Of a DNA stretch of 64,000 nucleotides, positions 18,815-32,712 are shown in pieces (the stretch's first letter is position 1; each line of letters starts with the position of its first letter). The translations under genes were made by a program, and so were the position numbers. The notes under the pieces are model-generated. The model saw nothing but the letters and a program-made list of their open reading frames with translations. It ran no database searches and had not been told where the DNA came from. The DNA comes from Octopus vulgaris (taxonomy: Eukaryota): the NCBI GenBank assembly GCA_951406725.2, contig OX597817.1, positions 2,914,001 through 2,978,000 of the forward strand, written 5' to 3'.

Positions 18815-19128
18815 ACTCGACTCCGTCGGTTACGAATGATCACGGGTGCACCTAAGAGGTTTCCCTCCGGGTTACACCGACGAACGCACAACCTAGGGTT
18901 GTTATTGTGGAAGACCAGCAGTCGCCCATGCATACCAGTCTCCCCTCTCCACGTCACCGATGTTATCCAAGGGATGGGCAAAGGTCGATACAGCTTGGCA
19001 CCAGTGATGTCACACCAGTGAACTGGAGGAACGTGAAATAAAGTGTCTTACTCAAGAACACAACACGCAGCCCGGTCCGGGAATCGAATTCACAACCTCG
19101 ACGCTCTAACCACTGAGCCAAGCGCCTT
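18815..19128 (-). mobile_element. Family D head joined to the 3' module shared with family C
   Basis: Head at 19020-19128 on minus strand; 18900-19010 is the reverse complement of the module at 5140-5193. Confidence 0.65.
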
Positions 19129-19149
19129 CACACACACACACACATATAC

Positions 19150-19223
<74 letters not shown>

Positions 19224-19225
19224 TA

Positions 19226-19376
19226 AGCGTGGCTGTGTGCTAAGAAATTTGCTCCCCTACCGCATGGCTTCCGGGTTCATTGCCATTGCGTGACACGCTG
19301 GGCAGACGTCTTTACTGCCTCGTGCCCACCAAACCTTCGTGAGTTGATTCGTTGGACGGAAACTGAAAGAAACCCG

Positions 19377-19453
<77 letters not shown>

Positions 19454-19622
19454 TGGGTCTGGGTCTGTGTTCACGTCCCCGGAACTTAGCGGTACGGCAA
19501 AGTAATCAATAGAATAAATACCAGAGGAGTTCTAGGGTCGATTCATTTGACTAAAACTTATTGAAGGCTGTGCTACAGTATAGTCGCAGTCTAGTGTCTG
19601 TAACAAGTAAAAAATAAAAGAA
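19226..19622 (+). mobile_element. SINE family B with internal (TG)n
   Basis: Degenerate homologue of 26365-26795. Confidence 0.75.
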
Positions 19623-19829
19623 ATATAAATATTTGAACACAGATACATAGTTTGAAAGGAGACAAAGCACAGACTCAAGCGTGTAGACAAAATATATACG
19701 TATATACAAACATATATTACGTAGGTAAGGTTTCATTCAACTTGGCGAAGGTGGAAGGCTTGTGTTAGTAATTATTAAGAAACGACAACCACATCTCCGC
19801 TTTTAAAACCTGCCGTTCACTAACAAGAG

Positions 19830-20485
19830 AGAATCGTTCGCGGGATATTTCGGACAAAATGCTTAGCGGCATTTCTTTCGGAACTTTACCTTCTTAGTAC
19901 AGATTCTGCCGAGATCGACTTAAGCTTTTAATCCTTTCGGGTTCAATAAACTATGTAACAGTCAAGTATTGGGATCATTCTGCCCCTTCCCCTCAAAATT
20001 GTTGACTTTTTACCGAAATTAGAAAGAATTAATATCAATTATAATGTTTGCGTTTTGAGTTACAATTCTGCTGAGGTTTACTTTGCTTTTCATCTTTTCT
20101 TGGGGGTCAATGAAATAAGTTCCCCTTACGCATTGGGTCGATGTAATTGACTAGCCCACACCCTCCCCAAATCCAGGCCTTGTACCTGTAACAGAAATTA
20201 TTATTAATAATAAATTTCTAAAGCAACGATCTTTTCTCAATCGTTAGTGCGGTCAGCTCTTTACGTACAGAGTTCAGATTCTGCTGAGGTCGACTTTGCC
20301 TTTCATCCTATAATTGTTGAAGTAAAATCCTTTCTACCATTGCCATAAAGCCTGAAATATTGTGAGAGGGGACTAGTCGACTACATAAACTCCATTGTTT
20401 AGCTGCTACTTATTTTATTGACACCGAAAAGATGAAAGGCAAAATCGACCTCGGCGGAATTTAAACTCAGAACGTGAAGACGGTA
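19830..20485. mobile_element. Cluster of degenerate family A SINE bodies
   Basis: Three plus-strand GAGGTCGACTTTGCCTTTCATCC-type units and one minus-strand unit. Confidence 0.7.
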
Positions 20486-22001
20486 AAATCTTATTATCTA
20501 TAATTCTGAGCAAATTTTGAAGGCTATCACAGAACCCCGTCGTATATATCTATGTGCCTTTCCTGGACCCTCAACTCCTTGGTGAAGTTCTAGGTCACCG
20601 TTGTGATATACAGCGTGCTGCACTTTTAGACCTGACGGAGGTCATCCTTCTCCGAGTTTGACCGCAACCGATTACTTTCAGAAATGAGAAAGTCAGACAA
20701 AAAGAGTGAAAGAAAAGACTGGACCCTAGTACAGAACTAGCACATTATTCATTGAACCCGATGGAACGAAAGGTAACGGTTACCTTGGCGGAATTTGACC
20801 TCAGAGTGTACGCGGACAGAAATGGAAAGACTATCCCAAAGCAATTTATCCAAACGATCGATCCATTCTGTAGAGGTGTTTTACGTTCTAGTTGTATTTC
20901 GTAACTGAGTGGTTTGACAAACTGCCAGGTTCAGAGCACATGGTCAATCCCATGTGCACGGAGTATGAAAAATTTCTTGGAAACACAAGGCACGTTATGT
21001 AAATATGCCAAGTTAACGTGTCTCCACGGCATGAAACTTTTAGTAGCTATTATTTCAATACTGTATATGAATGTGTGTGTGTGTGCATATGTATGTATAC
21101 ACACAAACGCATACACACATAAGCATGCATTAGGTGTGTGTGTGTGTGTGTGTGTGCGTGTGTGTGAGTGTCTACTAACATGTGTGCGTGTGTTTATATA
21201 TGATTAACCTAAAGTTTTGCTCTTTGTATTAATTATCATGGACATTAATGACTTTTTTTATATATATATACGTCACTAAATAAGTTTGTATTCACAACTG
21301 ACATGAAATGTTTTGTATTTTTTTTTACTGCCCTGGAAAAAGAAAATAATATTAAACTGCCTTCCACTGTTAGTAGTAGTAGTAGTAGTATTAGTATTAG
21401 TAGTAGTAGTAGTAGTAGTAGTATCAGCAGCAGCTGTTGTAGTAGCAGCAGCAGTAGCTGTGACTGCGGCTTTTGCGCCATGGGTAACAACGACGTTGAT
21501 CCTTGCAGTTTTCGCTTCTAGCAAAATAACGTTCACAACTTTTACCCTATCCACCGCTGCTTTTCCCTAAACAGCAATTTAGATTATCGAGCTTTCGTTT
21601 GTAAAATATCGCTGTCGATTTTCTAAGCTTGAAGTATCAAAAGTTTCGTTCAATCAATGTTTTGTTGCCTCCTCCTCCTCCTCCTCCTCCTCCTCTTCCT
21701 CCTTTCTCAAACCTCAACTGATCGTAAAGGCCGGTCTCATTATCCACGTCTTTAATTGGTGTTTTACATTAAACTGTTTACTGTAAACTGATTACAGTGT
21801 TATAAACATAGGAGAGCATGTAAGACTGTCAGCCATTCAAATCTCAATTCCGTAATTTTATAATTCCGTTCCATTTGTCTTGTAATTCTCTTTAATTATC
21901 CTTCAGAGCGGCGGTGGTTATTATAGCCACCTGTTTGATTCCATACTCTCCTCTCTCTCTCTCTCTCCCTCACTCCCTCTGCCCCCTCTCTCTCGTGCTG
22001 T

Positions 22002-22053
<52 letters not shown>

Positions 22054-22225
22054 GATTCTTCCCTCTTTCTTTCTCCCTCCCTCTCTCTCCCCCCTAACAC
22101 ACACATACATGATACGTGTGTGTATATGTTAGTGAGGTGAGTGTGTGTGTGTGTGTGTGTATGCCTGAATGTATACTAGTGTGAATACGTGTGTACTACA
22201 TTAATGCATTCCCTTTGTATACAAG

Positions 22226-22547
22226 GTGGAGGCGCAATGTCCCAGTGGTTAGGACAGCAGACTCGCGGTCGGAGGATCGTGGTTTCGATTTCCAGACCGG
22301 GTGTTGTGTGTGTTTATTGAGCAAAAACACCTAAAAGCTCCACGAGGCTCTGGCAGGAGGTGGTGGCAACCAATGTTGTACTCTTTCGCCCCAACTTTCT
22401 CTCACTCTCTCTCTTCCTGTTTCTTGAGTAACGCTGCGATGGACTGGCATTCCATCAAGCTGGGGGGAACATATATGCCACAGAAACCGGGAAACCGGGT
22501 CCATGAACCTGGATAGGCTTGAAAAGGGCGACGTTTATCGTTTATCG
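22226..22547 (+). mobile_element. SINE family C, full length with TSD
   Basis: 12-bp direct repeat TTTGTATACAAG at 22214-22225 and 22548-22559; short tandem CGTTTAT tail. Confidence 0.85.
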
Positions 22548-23047
22548 TTTGTATACAAGATAAATATAAGAACAAATGTCTAAGCAACGCCGTCGAATAT
22601 ACACATACGTCTATACTTACATGCATACATGTATACACACAAACATTTATACATACATATAAATCAATCTCATTAACAATGAACCGTAGTAAGTGCACAT
22701 GGACCGCGTGCTTACACACACACACATACATACATACATACATACATACATACATACATACATACATACATACATACATACATACATACATAATACATAC
22801 ATACATACATACATACATGATGGTTGCAAACATATTGTTGGATGGCCGTTGACTGCTCATGAGCTCTTCCGCCTTTTCATAGGTCATATTTTTCGTCCTA
22901 CAGAGTGTCCAACAACCATCTTCCTCACCAAGCAAGCTTGATGGGGTTGCCAGTTTGGTCGCCGACGACCCGACCATGCAACAGGTTGTACTGGGTTATA
23001 TGTTACCAGTAGCGTCTAAGAGCGACTTGACATACATACATATATGC

Positions 23048-23080
<33 letters not shown>

Positions 23081-23299
23081 TGTACGTATGTACGTATGTA
23101 TGTACGTTTGTACGTATGTATGTACGTATGTATGCATATATGCATGTATGTATGTAAGTATGTATGTATGTATGTATGTGTTCGTACGTTTGTGTTTAAT
23201 GAAAAGTATTGGCACTCAAATCCATTTGAATTTCTTATTCAAAGTGACCTGACCACATTGTTATGGACTGGAAAACCCAGGAATTATCTCCCACCCACC

Positions 23300-23364
<65 letters not shown>

Positions 23365-24475
23365 TCCATTCTTTTCGTACACACACGTACATAAACTATT
23401 TTTGTGGCTGCTGTTATTATTTGTGCGAGACTTACTTTATATCAACTCACAAACGTCTGTTAAACTTTGTTGAAAACATTTTGTTTACTGTTGTGAAGAA
23501 AAAGACTGGGTGAAGAAAAAGACTGGAAAATTGTACTTCTTAAGGTTCAATTTCTGCAATATCATACTTGTTTATGCCTGTTTTATTTTTATTTTATTTA
23601 TTTTAAAAATTTTTGTTGTACAAGGCTGCCGGCCGATGTTCCATTGTGACGTTCTATCAAGGGTTATTGGAGGTCAGAGCGATGACGTCCTCGGGCAATC
23701 TCTTAGTGTACGATGTAAAATCTACTGGCTGACCTTTTAAACTCGACAGGCATGAAAATACCGTCAGTTGCATCTGTCCGAAGTGTGTGGAGAGCGACGT
23801 AACCCTCCTGCCTGTGCTCGTACAGTGGCTCATCTAGTACTGGCGAGTGGAGTTATGTCCAACAGCTATTATCACATGAAGGACAGATCTCGCTATCAGC
23901 TGACTCTTTCTAGAGGATCGCTCTGCCACCTTACTTTTCCTCGCAGTTCGGGGCAGTTTTTCTCTCTTTGGTGGCTATTTCAAAAGAGGTTGTGTGGCAG
24001 ACGAAACTGAAAGAACTGAAGGCATACACTTTACTTTACGAACAAGCTCTAATTGACTTCTTTAGCTTTCCCTTAGAAAGGGAAGTAAAGCTGTAGAATA
24101 AAGTGCTGTCCCATCAACCCAGTAAATTTATGAATGTAGCGAAAATTGCACGAGTCTACTTTAGGAATACATTTCTAGACTGAAAAGTACATGGAAAAAA
24201 AGAGTAATCATGGTTTTGGTTCTGTGGGATTATTTGGTCACCCTTGGTTGGTAATTTTCCTCGCTTCATTTCAATTTTCCAAGCCTCCAGCAACCGAATT
24301 AAACATCCCTGGGGAAGGGAATCTCTACATACCCTTCCCGCATGAGAAATACTGACTTAAATAACATCAACGATCGCATTTACAGTCATGTTTCATATTA
24401 AGGGAGACTCCAAAAAAGTACATTATATTTATAAGCGTTCACACAAGGACACACATTTCAAATACACGCACTCAT

Positions 24476-24520
<45 letters not shown>

Positions 24521-24735
24521 TCACATACCAGCGTATTTTTATCAACTGTTCTACAGCTGGTATCATTCATCGACAAACTTGGCACGTATCTTCAACGTAA
24601 GTTAAGCAAAATGTGTGTGTATTGTTTGTTAGACACAAGCATACCTTTCGAAGAAGGTAAACTATCAAATACTTTGTCTAAAACTGAAGCGTAACTTATT
24701 GTCTAGGAACAAACAAATAGAAGATAAAAAGTGCC

Positions 24736-24789
<54 letters not shown>

Positions 24790-24840
24790 TGTAGTAGTAG
24801 TTGTAGTAGTAGTAGTAGTAGTAGTGGTAGCAGCAGCAGC

Positions 24841-24871
<31 letters not shown>

Positions 24872-25454
24872 TTTCTTTCTAATTTTTGTACAAGGCCAAC
24901 AATTTTGATGAGGGACTGTAAGTCAATACTTGTAGATGCATAAGGCGAGACAACGAATGAAGTTCTTACCCGATTGATCAGCCTGCTAGACTTAACAATC
25001 GAATTTCCATCCTATCACATAGTATTGCCTTTGAAGAAGCCAGGATACTCTGACTAATGATGTAGCTATAGATGTTAAGACACGATGGTTGTAGCTGGAA
25101 CACCTCATTATATATACTCTTTTATATATAGTATTAATTAAAAAAAAAAAATGGAATGTGTAATAGACGTTATTGGTTACAACACATATATGTGCTCGGT
25201 CTGAGCTGATGCTGGATTAAACTGTATATCTGCGTTTATTTCCTCAGCTGTCAATCTTCACAATCAGGAGCACCACAAATATGGACGTGCCTCTGTTAGA
25301 GGCCTGCGAAAATTTAAGTCGTAGAGAACCGTATCAAACTGTTTTTAATAATATATATATGAGAGGAGAGGAGTGGGAGAGAAAAAGAATATAATCAAAG
25401 TGATAAAACCACGTGGTAACTGAGCTATATGGTGGTCGTTATATATACATACAT

Positions 25455-25496
25455 ATATGTCCGACGAACGGGAACGTGAAACTCTGAGTAACAGAT
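25455..25496 (+). ncRNA. Minimal hammerhead candidate, U4C core variant
   Basis: AUAUGU-CCGACGA-ACG(GGAA)CGU-GAAA-CUCUGAG-UA-ACAGAU. Confidence 0.5.
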
Positions 25497-25716
25497 TTTG
25501 TGATATTTTTGCTGCCTTTTAACAAAGTATATATATATATATATATACTTTATTAAATGGAGTCGCATGAAACGATCGTACTGCATCACTTCTGGATATC
25601 TTTGTTGCTTTTTTTTTTAATCACCTTATTTTGAAATTGTATGGATAATACCGTACTACATTCTGGTGCCTCAACTTAAGTACCATATTCATCTGAATCT
25701 AAACTTTTACTGAACT

Positions 25717-25805
<89 letters not shown>

Positions 25806-25830
25806 ACGCACACACAACCATATACAAACA

Positions 25831-25874
<44 letters not shown>

Positions 25875-26134
25875 CTCACACACACATACATGTGTGCATG
25901 CATGCAGTAAAGTGAAATTGACACTGCAAGATAAAGTCTTTTAAATTATAGTCACGTGCCTCACATCCGTTTCGATTGTCACTTTGACATCCATTTAGAC
26001 ACTTCCCTGTACAAATACCGCAGCTTCATATTCATATTCTATTTGCACGCTCAGTTTCTGTCTCTTTGACACACTTCTCTATACAGATGCTAGTAAGTGA
26101 CCTTCATATCGCATACGTAACTTTATATATCTTT

Positions 26135-26315
26135 AGCTTTTACTTGTTTCAGTCATTAGACTCCGGCCATGCTGGAGCACCGCTTTGAAGAGTTTTTAGT
26201 TGAATGAATCCTTTCCATTACTGTTTGTTTTTGATTTGATAAACCTGGTGCACTTATTCCACAGGTCTCTTTTGCCGAACTGCTAAGTTATGAGGACATA
26301 AACAGAACGACACCG
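26135..26315 (-). mobile_element. SINE family B, 3' half, inverted relative to the adjacent copy
   Basis: TTTTACTTGTTTCAGTCATT...GGCCATGCTGGAGCACCGC...TTTTGCCGAAC is the reverse complement of 26640-26795. Confidence 0.75.
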
Positions 26316-26322
26316 TATGTGT

Positions 26323-26359
<37 letters not shown>

Positions 26360-26364
26360 CATCC

Positions 26365-26519
26365 TGGTTGTGTGGTAAGTAGCTTGCTTGCCAACCACAT
26401 GGTTCCGGGATCAATCCTACTGCGTGGCACCTTGGGCAAGTGTCTTCTACTATAGCCTCGGGCCGACCAAAGCCTTGTAAGTGGATTTGGTAGACGGAAA
26501 CTGAAGGAAGCCTGTCGCA

Positions 26520-26591
<72 letters not shown>

Positions 26592-26795
26592 TTTGTGTTT
26601 GTCTGTGTTTGTACCCGCAACATCGGTTGACAACCGATGCTGGTGTGTTTATGTCCCCGTAACTTAGCGGTTCGGCAAACGAGCGCGATAGGATAAGTAC
26701 TAGGCTTCCAAAGAATAAGTTCTGGGGTCGATTTGCTCGACAAAAGGCGATGCTCCAGCATGGCCGCAGTTAAATGACTAAAACAAGTAAAAGAG
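26365..26795 (+). mobile_element. SINE family B (head GTGGCTGTGTGGTAAG; internal (TA)n/(TG)n microsatellite)
   Basis: Near full length: GGTTCCGGGATCAATCC B-box, CACCTTGGGCAAGT motif, internal microsatellite, 3' GCTCCAGCATGGCCGCAGT...AAACAAGTAAAAGAG. Many homologues in the window. Confidence 0.85.
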
Positions 26796-27566
26796 TAGTG
26801 GAATTTGAACTCAGGATGCAAAGATTCAGAAAAACAATATCGCGATTCATTACATCCATCCCGCTAACGACTCTGCGAATTGTCCACCATGTTGAATGAA
26901 AAACTGATGCTTGGTGGATCTGAAATTTTTTAAAATTATTTTATCGAGTCCTTTTGTGTCTGTATATTTTACATAGTAGAGAGGTTAGGAAAGTTAACTA
27001 CGACACACTAATTTTAAAATTAGGAAATTTCAATGTCGTCTAAAGGAAACAAATTTACGCTCCGACTGCTGATTCCCATGGCTTGGAAGCATGTCCTTCA
27101 TTGCTACCATTGGCCTACTTTTGGTTGTGGAGACAACATTGTACATTACATAACATTGGAATGATGTCCATTACATCAGTAACGTCATAAATATATAAGC
27201 TCCATAGAACAATACGAATTAATCAGGGCTGAGATATATTATGGGCTTGACGAAGAATCCTCTTTAAGAAGATTCAATAATGCCATATATGTGAAACAAT
27301 GAAATATCAGGAGACATTGTAAGGGTAATTTAGTCTTAGATACTGTGTGTCTGAATGAAAAAATGGAAAAGAAAAAAGAATGAGGTGGGCATGGCAGTGA
27401 TTCCGGAGTTTACTTAAACTTATACAACAATAGGTTGATTGGGAGTCTCATGCCAGTCAAGTTCCAAGAAATTGTTATCAATGACAACAAAGCGTTGCTT
27501 TAACAGAAGCTCTCAAGGGATGAACTTCATTTGAGTATGTATCGTAGAAGTTTGTCCTTATATAAA

Positions 27567-27603
<37 letters not shown>

Positions 27604-28231
27604 TTCTCGCACGCACACACACATTCACAAACACCCATGCACAGAAATATGTGTATGCGTTTGCGTGCGTAGATAAACGCGCGTTTATTTAAATGTTGAC
27701 TACGAGCAGATCATCTGTTTCGGGCTGTGCAATAGATTCTCATTCGGTCCTAATATTGAATATACCTCTATATGGCCTAAAATTTAGAATGCTATGTCCC
27801 TTGTTAAAGGTAACGATACAAAGGAGGAGAGAATAATTCAATGATCATGCAAGTCTGTGTTTCAGGTAGACCTTTATGAATGTTAAATAATTAACTGTTT
27901 ATCTAATAGGGAAGCTCTTGTCAGTTGTTGACGTTTATTTCTAAAACAAACTGCAAAGATATCAACCGTAACCAAATGAATCACACCCTGTTGCACACTA
28001 CGGTTTTTTTTTCTTGTTTTTTTTCACATCCCCACGTATAGTTCAGTATTTAATAATACTCTTACACATCCACTTAAATTGGATTTGGAGTTCACTAAAT
28101 TATGGCTCTTGCAACAGTTTTAATATTCGTTGATATTTTCGTCCAGTAATTCGGTGGAGGTGTCTAAGAACATAACTCGTCTCGTTAAATGCACAAATAT
28201 GTTCGAAACCAGCCTCAGTTGATTTTAAATA

Positions 28232-28650
28232 AGGCGGCGAGCTGGCAGAATCGTTAGCACGCCGAGCGAAATGCTTAGCGATATTTCGCCTGCCGCTACG
28301 TTCTGAGTTCAAATTCCGCCGAGGTAGACTTTGCCTTTAATCCTTTCGGGGTCGATTAAATAAGTACCAGTTACGCGCTGGAGGCGATATAATCCACTTA
28401 ATCCGTTTGTCTGTCCTTGTTTGTTCCTTCAGTGGGCAGTAAAGAAATAAGAATCGTTAGCACCCCGGACAAAACATGCTTAGAGGCAGTGCATCCGTCT
28501 TTACGTTCTGAGTTCAAATTCCACGGAGGTCAACTTTGTCTTTCATCCTTTCGGAGTCGATGAAATAAGTACCAGTTGAGTACTGGGGTCGATGAAGTCG
28601 ACTTACTCCCTCCCCAACATTTCAGGTCTCGTGCTTGCAGCAGGAAGGAT
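28232..28650 (+). mobile_element. Two tandem family A SINEs (head GGCGGCGAGCTGGCAGAATCGTTAG)
   Basis: Shared body GTTCTGAGTTCAAATTCCGCCGAGGTCGACTTTGCCTTTCATCCTTTCGGGGTCGAT..AATAAGTACCAG; second copy starts at about 28451. Confidence 0.85.
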
Positions 28651-30030
28651 ATTTTCATCCAGTATTCGTATACACTTAAAGCCCGAAAGACGATTTTGAT
28701 TTAAAATACATCCAAAGTACGTGACACCCTCTTCTGTACATTTGTATTTTCCCGCTAAAACAACACACATCCGTGAGCGAACACAATCATACACAAATGC
28801 GTAAACATTTACACATACACACACACACATATACGGACGCGCACTTATACATGTATGAGTTTGTATGCTGAAGCTATTCACACTGTAGTCTGTTCCAGCA
28901 TCTTCAACTGTCTTTGTTATTAGCTATCTGTGTCAGAGAGTGTGAGAAGGGCGAAGTGGGTGAAGAGGAGATGGCTATGAAACCATGCCGTCCAGGTTTG
29001 TTTGGAGATTGTTCCATATACATTCTCTTACTCTCTACTCTATCTATATTTGTGTGTGTGTGTGTGTAGAGGGAGAGAGAGAGAGAGAGAGAGAGAAGGA
29101 GTAGGGAGGAAGTGGAGTATGTTAAACACATACATACGTATAATTTACGTTAATGTGCTCATATATAAGAGCAGGCATTTACATCTACGCATGGGGATGG
29201 ATAGGGCGCGCGCGTGCGTGTGTGTGTGTGTGTATGTGTATGGAAGCGCATTGAGACAAACATATAATCATATTATTGATACATATATTTAATAGGAAAA
29301 AGTACTCATTGCAAGTGTGTGTGTGTGTGTGTGTTCGTGTGTGTAAAACAAGTGGATGTCTGAACAACTTATTCGTCATGAAGCAAACGCACACACACAC
29401 ACACGCACACACATACATACATACATATGCGCATCTAATAAAGACATAGGAAACACACACGCGCCCATGCACAATGTACGCTTTCTGCCTGCAGGCCAGA
29501 AGTATTAACACTTTTAGAACACTTATAAGTTATTAGCGGACGCATGTGACGAGGAGAAGGAGGAGGAGAGGCAACTAAAAGCAAGAGTAAGGGAATGAGA
29601 GAATAGGTTTGGTGATGCTGGTTGTATTGGTGGTGGTAGGAGTGGTGGTTGTGGTGATGTGGTTGAAGTAGATGTAAAACAGAAAGACAGAAAGAGATGG
29701 TGAAACCTATTGTTGTTGTTGTTGTTTTTGTTGTTGTGTAGCTCAAGGCCAGCCCTGATTAATGGTACAGATCGATCTTCCCATTTATACCATATATTTG
29801 CCAAGCAGAGCCTTACCCTGTTCACTCCGATATGCAGTATTGAATTGTACGGGTGCAGTGTGACCGTCTTAGTATATTGCGCGCACGCACACACACACAG
29901 AGGCACCCCCCTCCACACACACACTCTCTCTCTCTCTCCCTCTCTCCTGTATAATCTATTTTTGTATGTACGGAGATTCTGGCGGTACGTACACGTACGG
30001 TGGATGTCAACTGACTAGAAGCAGAGAGTA

Positions 30031-30234
30031 CGAGGTGGGGCTGAAAAGTTCCTGGCTTGGGTAAGATATAATACAAGAGGATCAGTTAGTTATAATTTTA
30101 TTCAACATATTCCCCTCTCAGATTCTTCCCATGCTTATTGCAGCGGTCCTTCAGTTTTTCTAAGCCCTGTGAAAGATCTCGGAAGTTTGGTCCTCTAACC
30201 AGACCATTAAAACCAGGAACGTTTCAGCACCTCA
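30031..30234. mobile_element. Mariner-type MITE
   Basis: TIRs CGAGGTGGGGCTGAAAAGTTCCTGG / CCAGGAACGTTTCAGCACCTCA with TA flanks. Confidence 0.75.
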
Positions 30235-30299
30235 TAGAGAATTACTCCTCACCTGAAATTATTGTGCATCAATTATAGTTCACTGTTTGGAATCATTGT

Positions 30300-31420
30300 G
30301 ACAGGTACTTCTCTATGTATGTGATTTTTTACGTCCGTCTTGGCTAAGTGGCAGAGATTTCGAAGGATGCTGTAGTAGTGCTCTGGGGTAGCGAGTATCT
30401 CTGGGTTTCTTGAGTGTTTTCCTAATAATGACAAAGAAACGTGGAGTTTACTAAGAAAACAAAGTCATGACTCATTCTCAATAGTTTATCGTAATTATGA
30501 AGAAACTGGGGTCCAGTATAGAACTAGTATGGTCCATGTTAGATCTAATGTAGTCTTTGTACAACATTGATGTGGTTTCTGCTGACCAAATGTCATACCC
30601 GTGATTGTTCTGTGCTTCATTTTGCTTTCTTTAGTGTCTCCTGTGTGTGTGGTGAATGTGAAGAAGTTGGATGCAACTCCGAGTAGTTTTGTATTCTATA
30701 TGTAATGTATGTTTGCGTTGCGCGATAGTTAGCTGTATTCGATGGTCTCTGATGATGTTAGTTAGAAAGGAGACGATTTAAGTTACCGTAGAATATACTG
30801 AGCATATTTCTGGGAAATAGTTGGAAAATGTGAAAGATGATTGTTCTCTGAGTAGGATAGTGTGTATGTTTTGTAGAGAAGGTCATGGAAACGTTGGTTT
30901 AGAAAAATGGATGAGGAGAGGGTGGACCCTGGAATTCGTCTTTCGGGTAATTACGAGCCCTGGAAGTGTTGCTTTTATATATTACATTGACTGTGCAAGC
31001 TCATAGGTTAGTTGCAAGCCAGTATTTTGTGCTCTTACTAAAGTTATGTTTGGGTACCATGCATTACATGTGTGGATAGTGGGTAATGGAGTAGAAAACG
31101 TTGCTGATTTTGTTAGTACTTTAAACTGTACAGTGGCAAGGTTGCTTTCTTTTACTTTTGATATGGAAACCATCACATATTTTTAGTTTCATGTTTGAGT
31201 AATTTGATGCTTGAATGTAATGGACTGAACCTGGGTTGCGACTTGAAAAGATGGAGTATATGTCAGTTAGGGATTTCTAGGATTAGCCTTTCAAGAATTT
31301 ATGAGAGAATGCCTATGAGGGCGATTTCACTTCCTTTTTCTTTTTGCTTTAGAATAGCTAAAATTTTGCCCAGCTTTCATATTCTGAGAAGTTGACAAGG
31401 TTATGGGTTTTTGAAAATGT
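30300..31420 (-). pseudogene. Heavily decayed non-LTR retrotransposon reverse transcriptase
   Basis: Frameshifted minus-strand motifs in the correct order: ILERLIL, QPRFSPLHS (QxGFRxxHS-like), IPGSTLSSSIF (GVPQGSxLSPxLF-like), TKLLGV...FTFTTH, LYKDYIRSNMDHTS (LYKxxIRSxxDYAS-like). Confidence 0.7.
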
Positions 31421-32098
31421 AGAAGAGCGCTCGAAGGAAGAAAGAAGTCAAAACTTTAGACTAGGGAGGAGGTGTCCATTTTTTGTTTTGTGTTCCTATC
31501 TTCGTTGAATCGCTTTTGGTTACTAATTTTGGTTACTAATTTTGGCTATTAATTTTGCTAGAGATGACGATACTTCAATTCAATATAGGTGCCTTATATC
31601 GTGTTTGTGTGTAGGCATTTGTTATGTCATGGTTCCTTGCCCCACATCTACCGTAAGCCGCTACTTCTGTGCATGGATTCATTCGTTTTCAGGCTGACCA
31701 TGCTCGTAAACGTTTTTCAAGCACATCGGTATCTGAGACGCACAAAGAGGACAGTTATAAACCGTACCTTGGATAAAACACAGCAGTTTCAAACCCACAT
31801 TTTTTTTGTTGTCAGTGCATTAGGACTTGACTCTGCACCTATGCATGTTCCCAAAATAGCTGCGTTTACACTTGTAATCAGTTATGAACCTGTGTGGTTA
31901 GAGACGATGCGTTTTGTGTGAGTCTGTTTTATGTGAAAATCTGCACACTCCATCTATTTGCATTCGGTTCTGTTGCTCTCGACACACTTGATTTAAATAC
32001 GTTCTTTTAAAAATGTCTCACCGTGTTGTTTTTGTTCTTCCTTATCTTCTTTCTCTTTTCACGTTTGTGATTATTATTATCATTATTATTATTATCAT

Positions 32099-32131
<33 letters not shown>

Positions 32132-32189
32132 CAGTAGTAGTAGTAGAAGTAGTAGTAGAAGCAGCAGCGGCAGTAGTAGTAGCAGCGGC

Positions 32190-32253
<64 letters not shown>

Positions 32254-32639
32254 TTTTCTAACAATGAAATGTTTTATAAATAAACTCCCACACACACACG
32301 ATAAACCCAAACGCACCTGCTTGTTCACCGAAATTCTACGCGTATACATCCTCGAAACAGTCACACATTTTGCAAATATAGAAACAGCTCCCCCCCCCCT
32401 ATAAACATATATGTGCACTAATTCACAACAGCAGATGCACATATATACATGAGGCACACACGTACACGCACACACACACACACACGTACACGCACACACA
32501 CACACACGTACACGCACACACACATTTTCCAGTTATAGAAACGATATATTGTCGTAATTACGTACACACATTCACATACGTACATGCATACATACATAGG
32601 AACACACACGAGTACGTACATTTTCAAAAACACACACGT

Positions 32640-32712
<73 letters not shown>

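Noticed and set aside
22820-23031. GC-richer repeat resembling a LINE 5'UTR; possible HDV-like ribozyme
   Set aside because: Only one hairpin (TACTGG/CCAGTA) found; the nested double pseudoknot could not be built.
27700-27760. Minus-strand CGAATGA...CCCGAAACAGATGATCTG fold
   Set aside because: Too many core mismatches to distinguish from chance.
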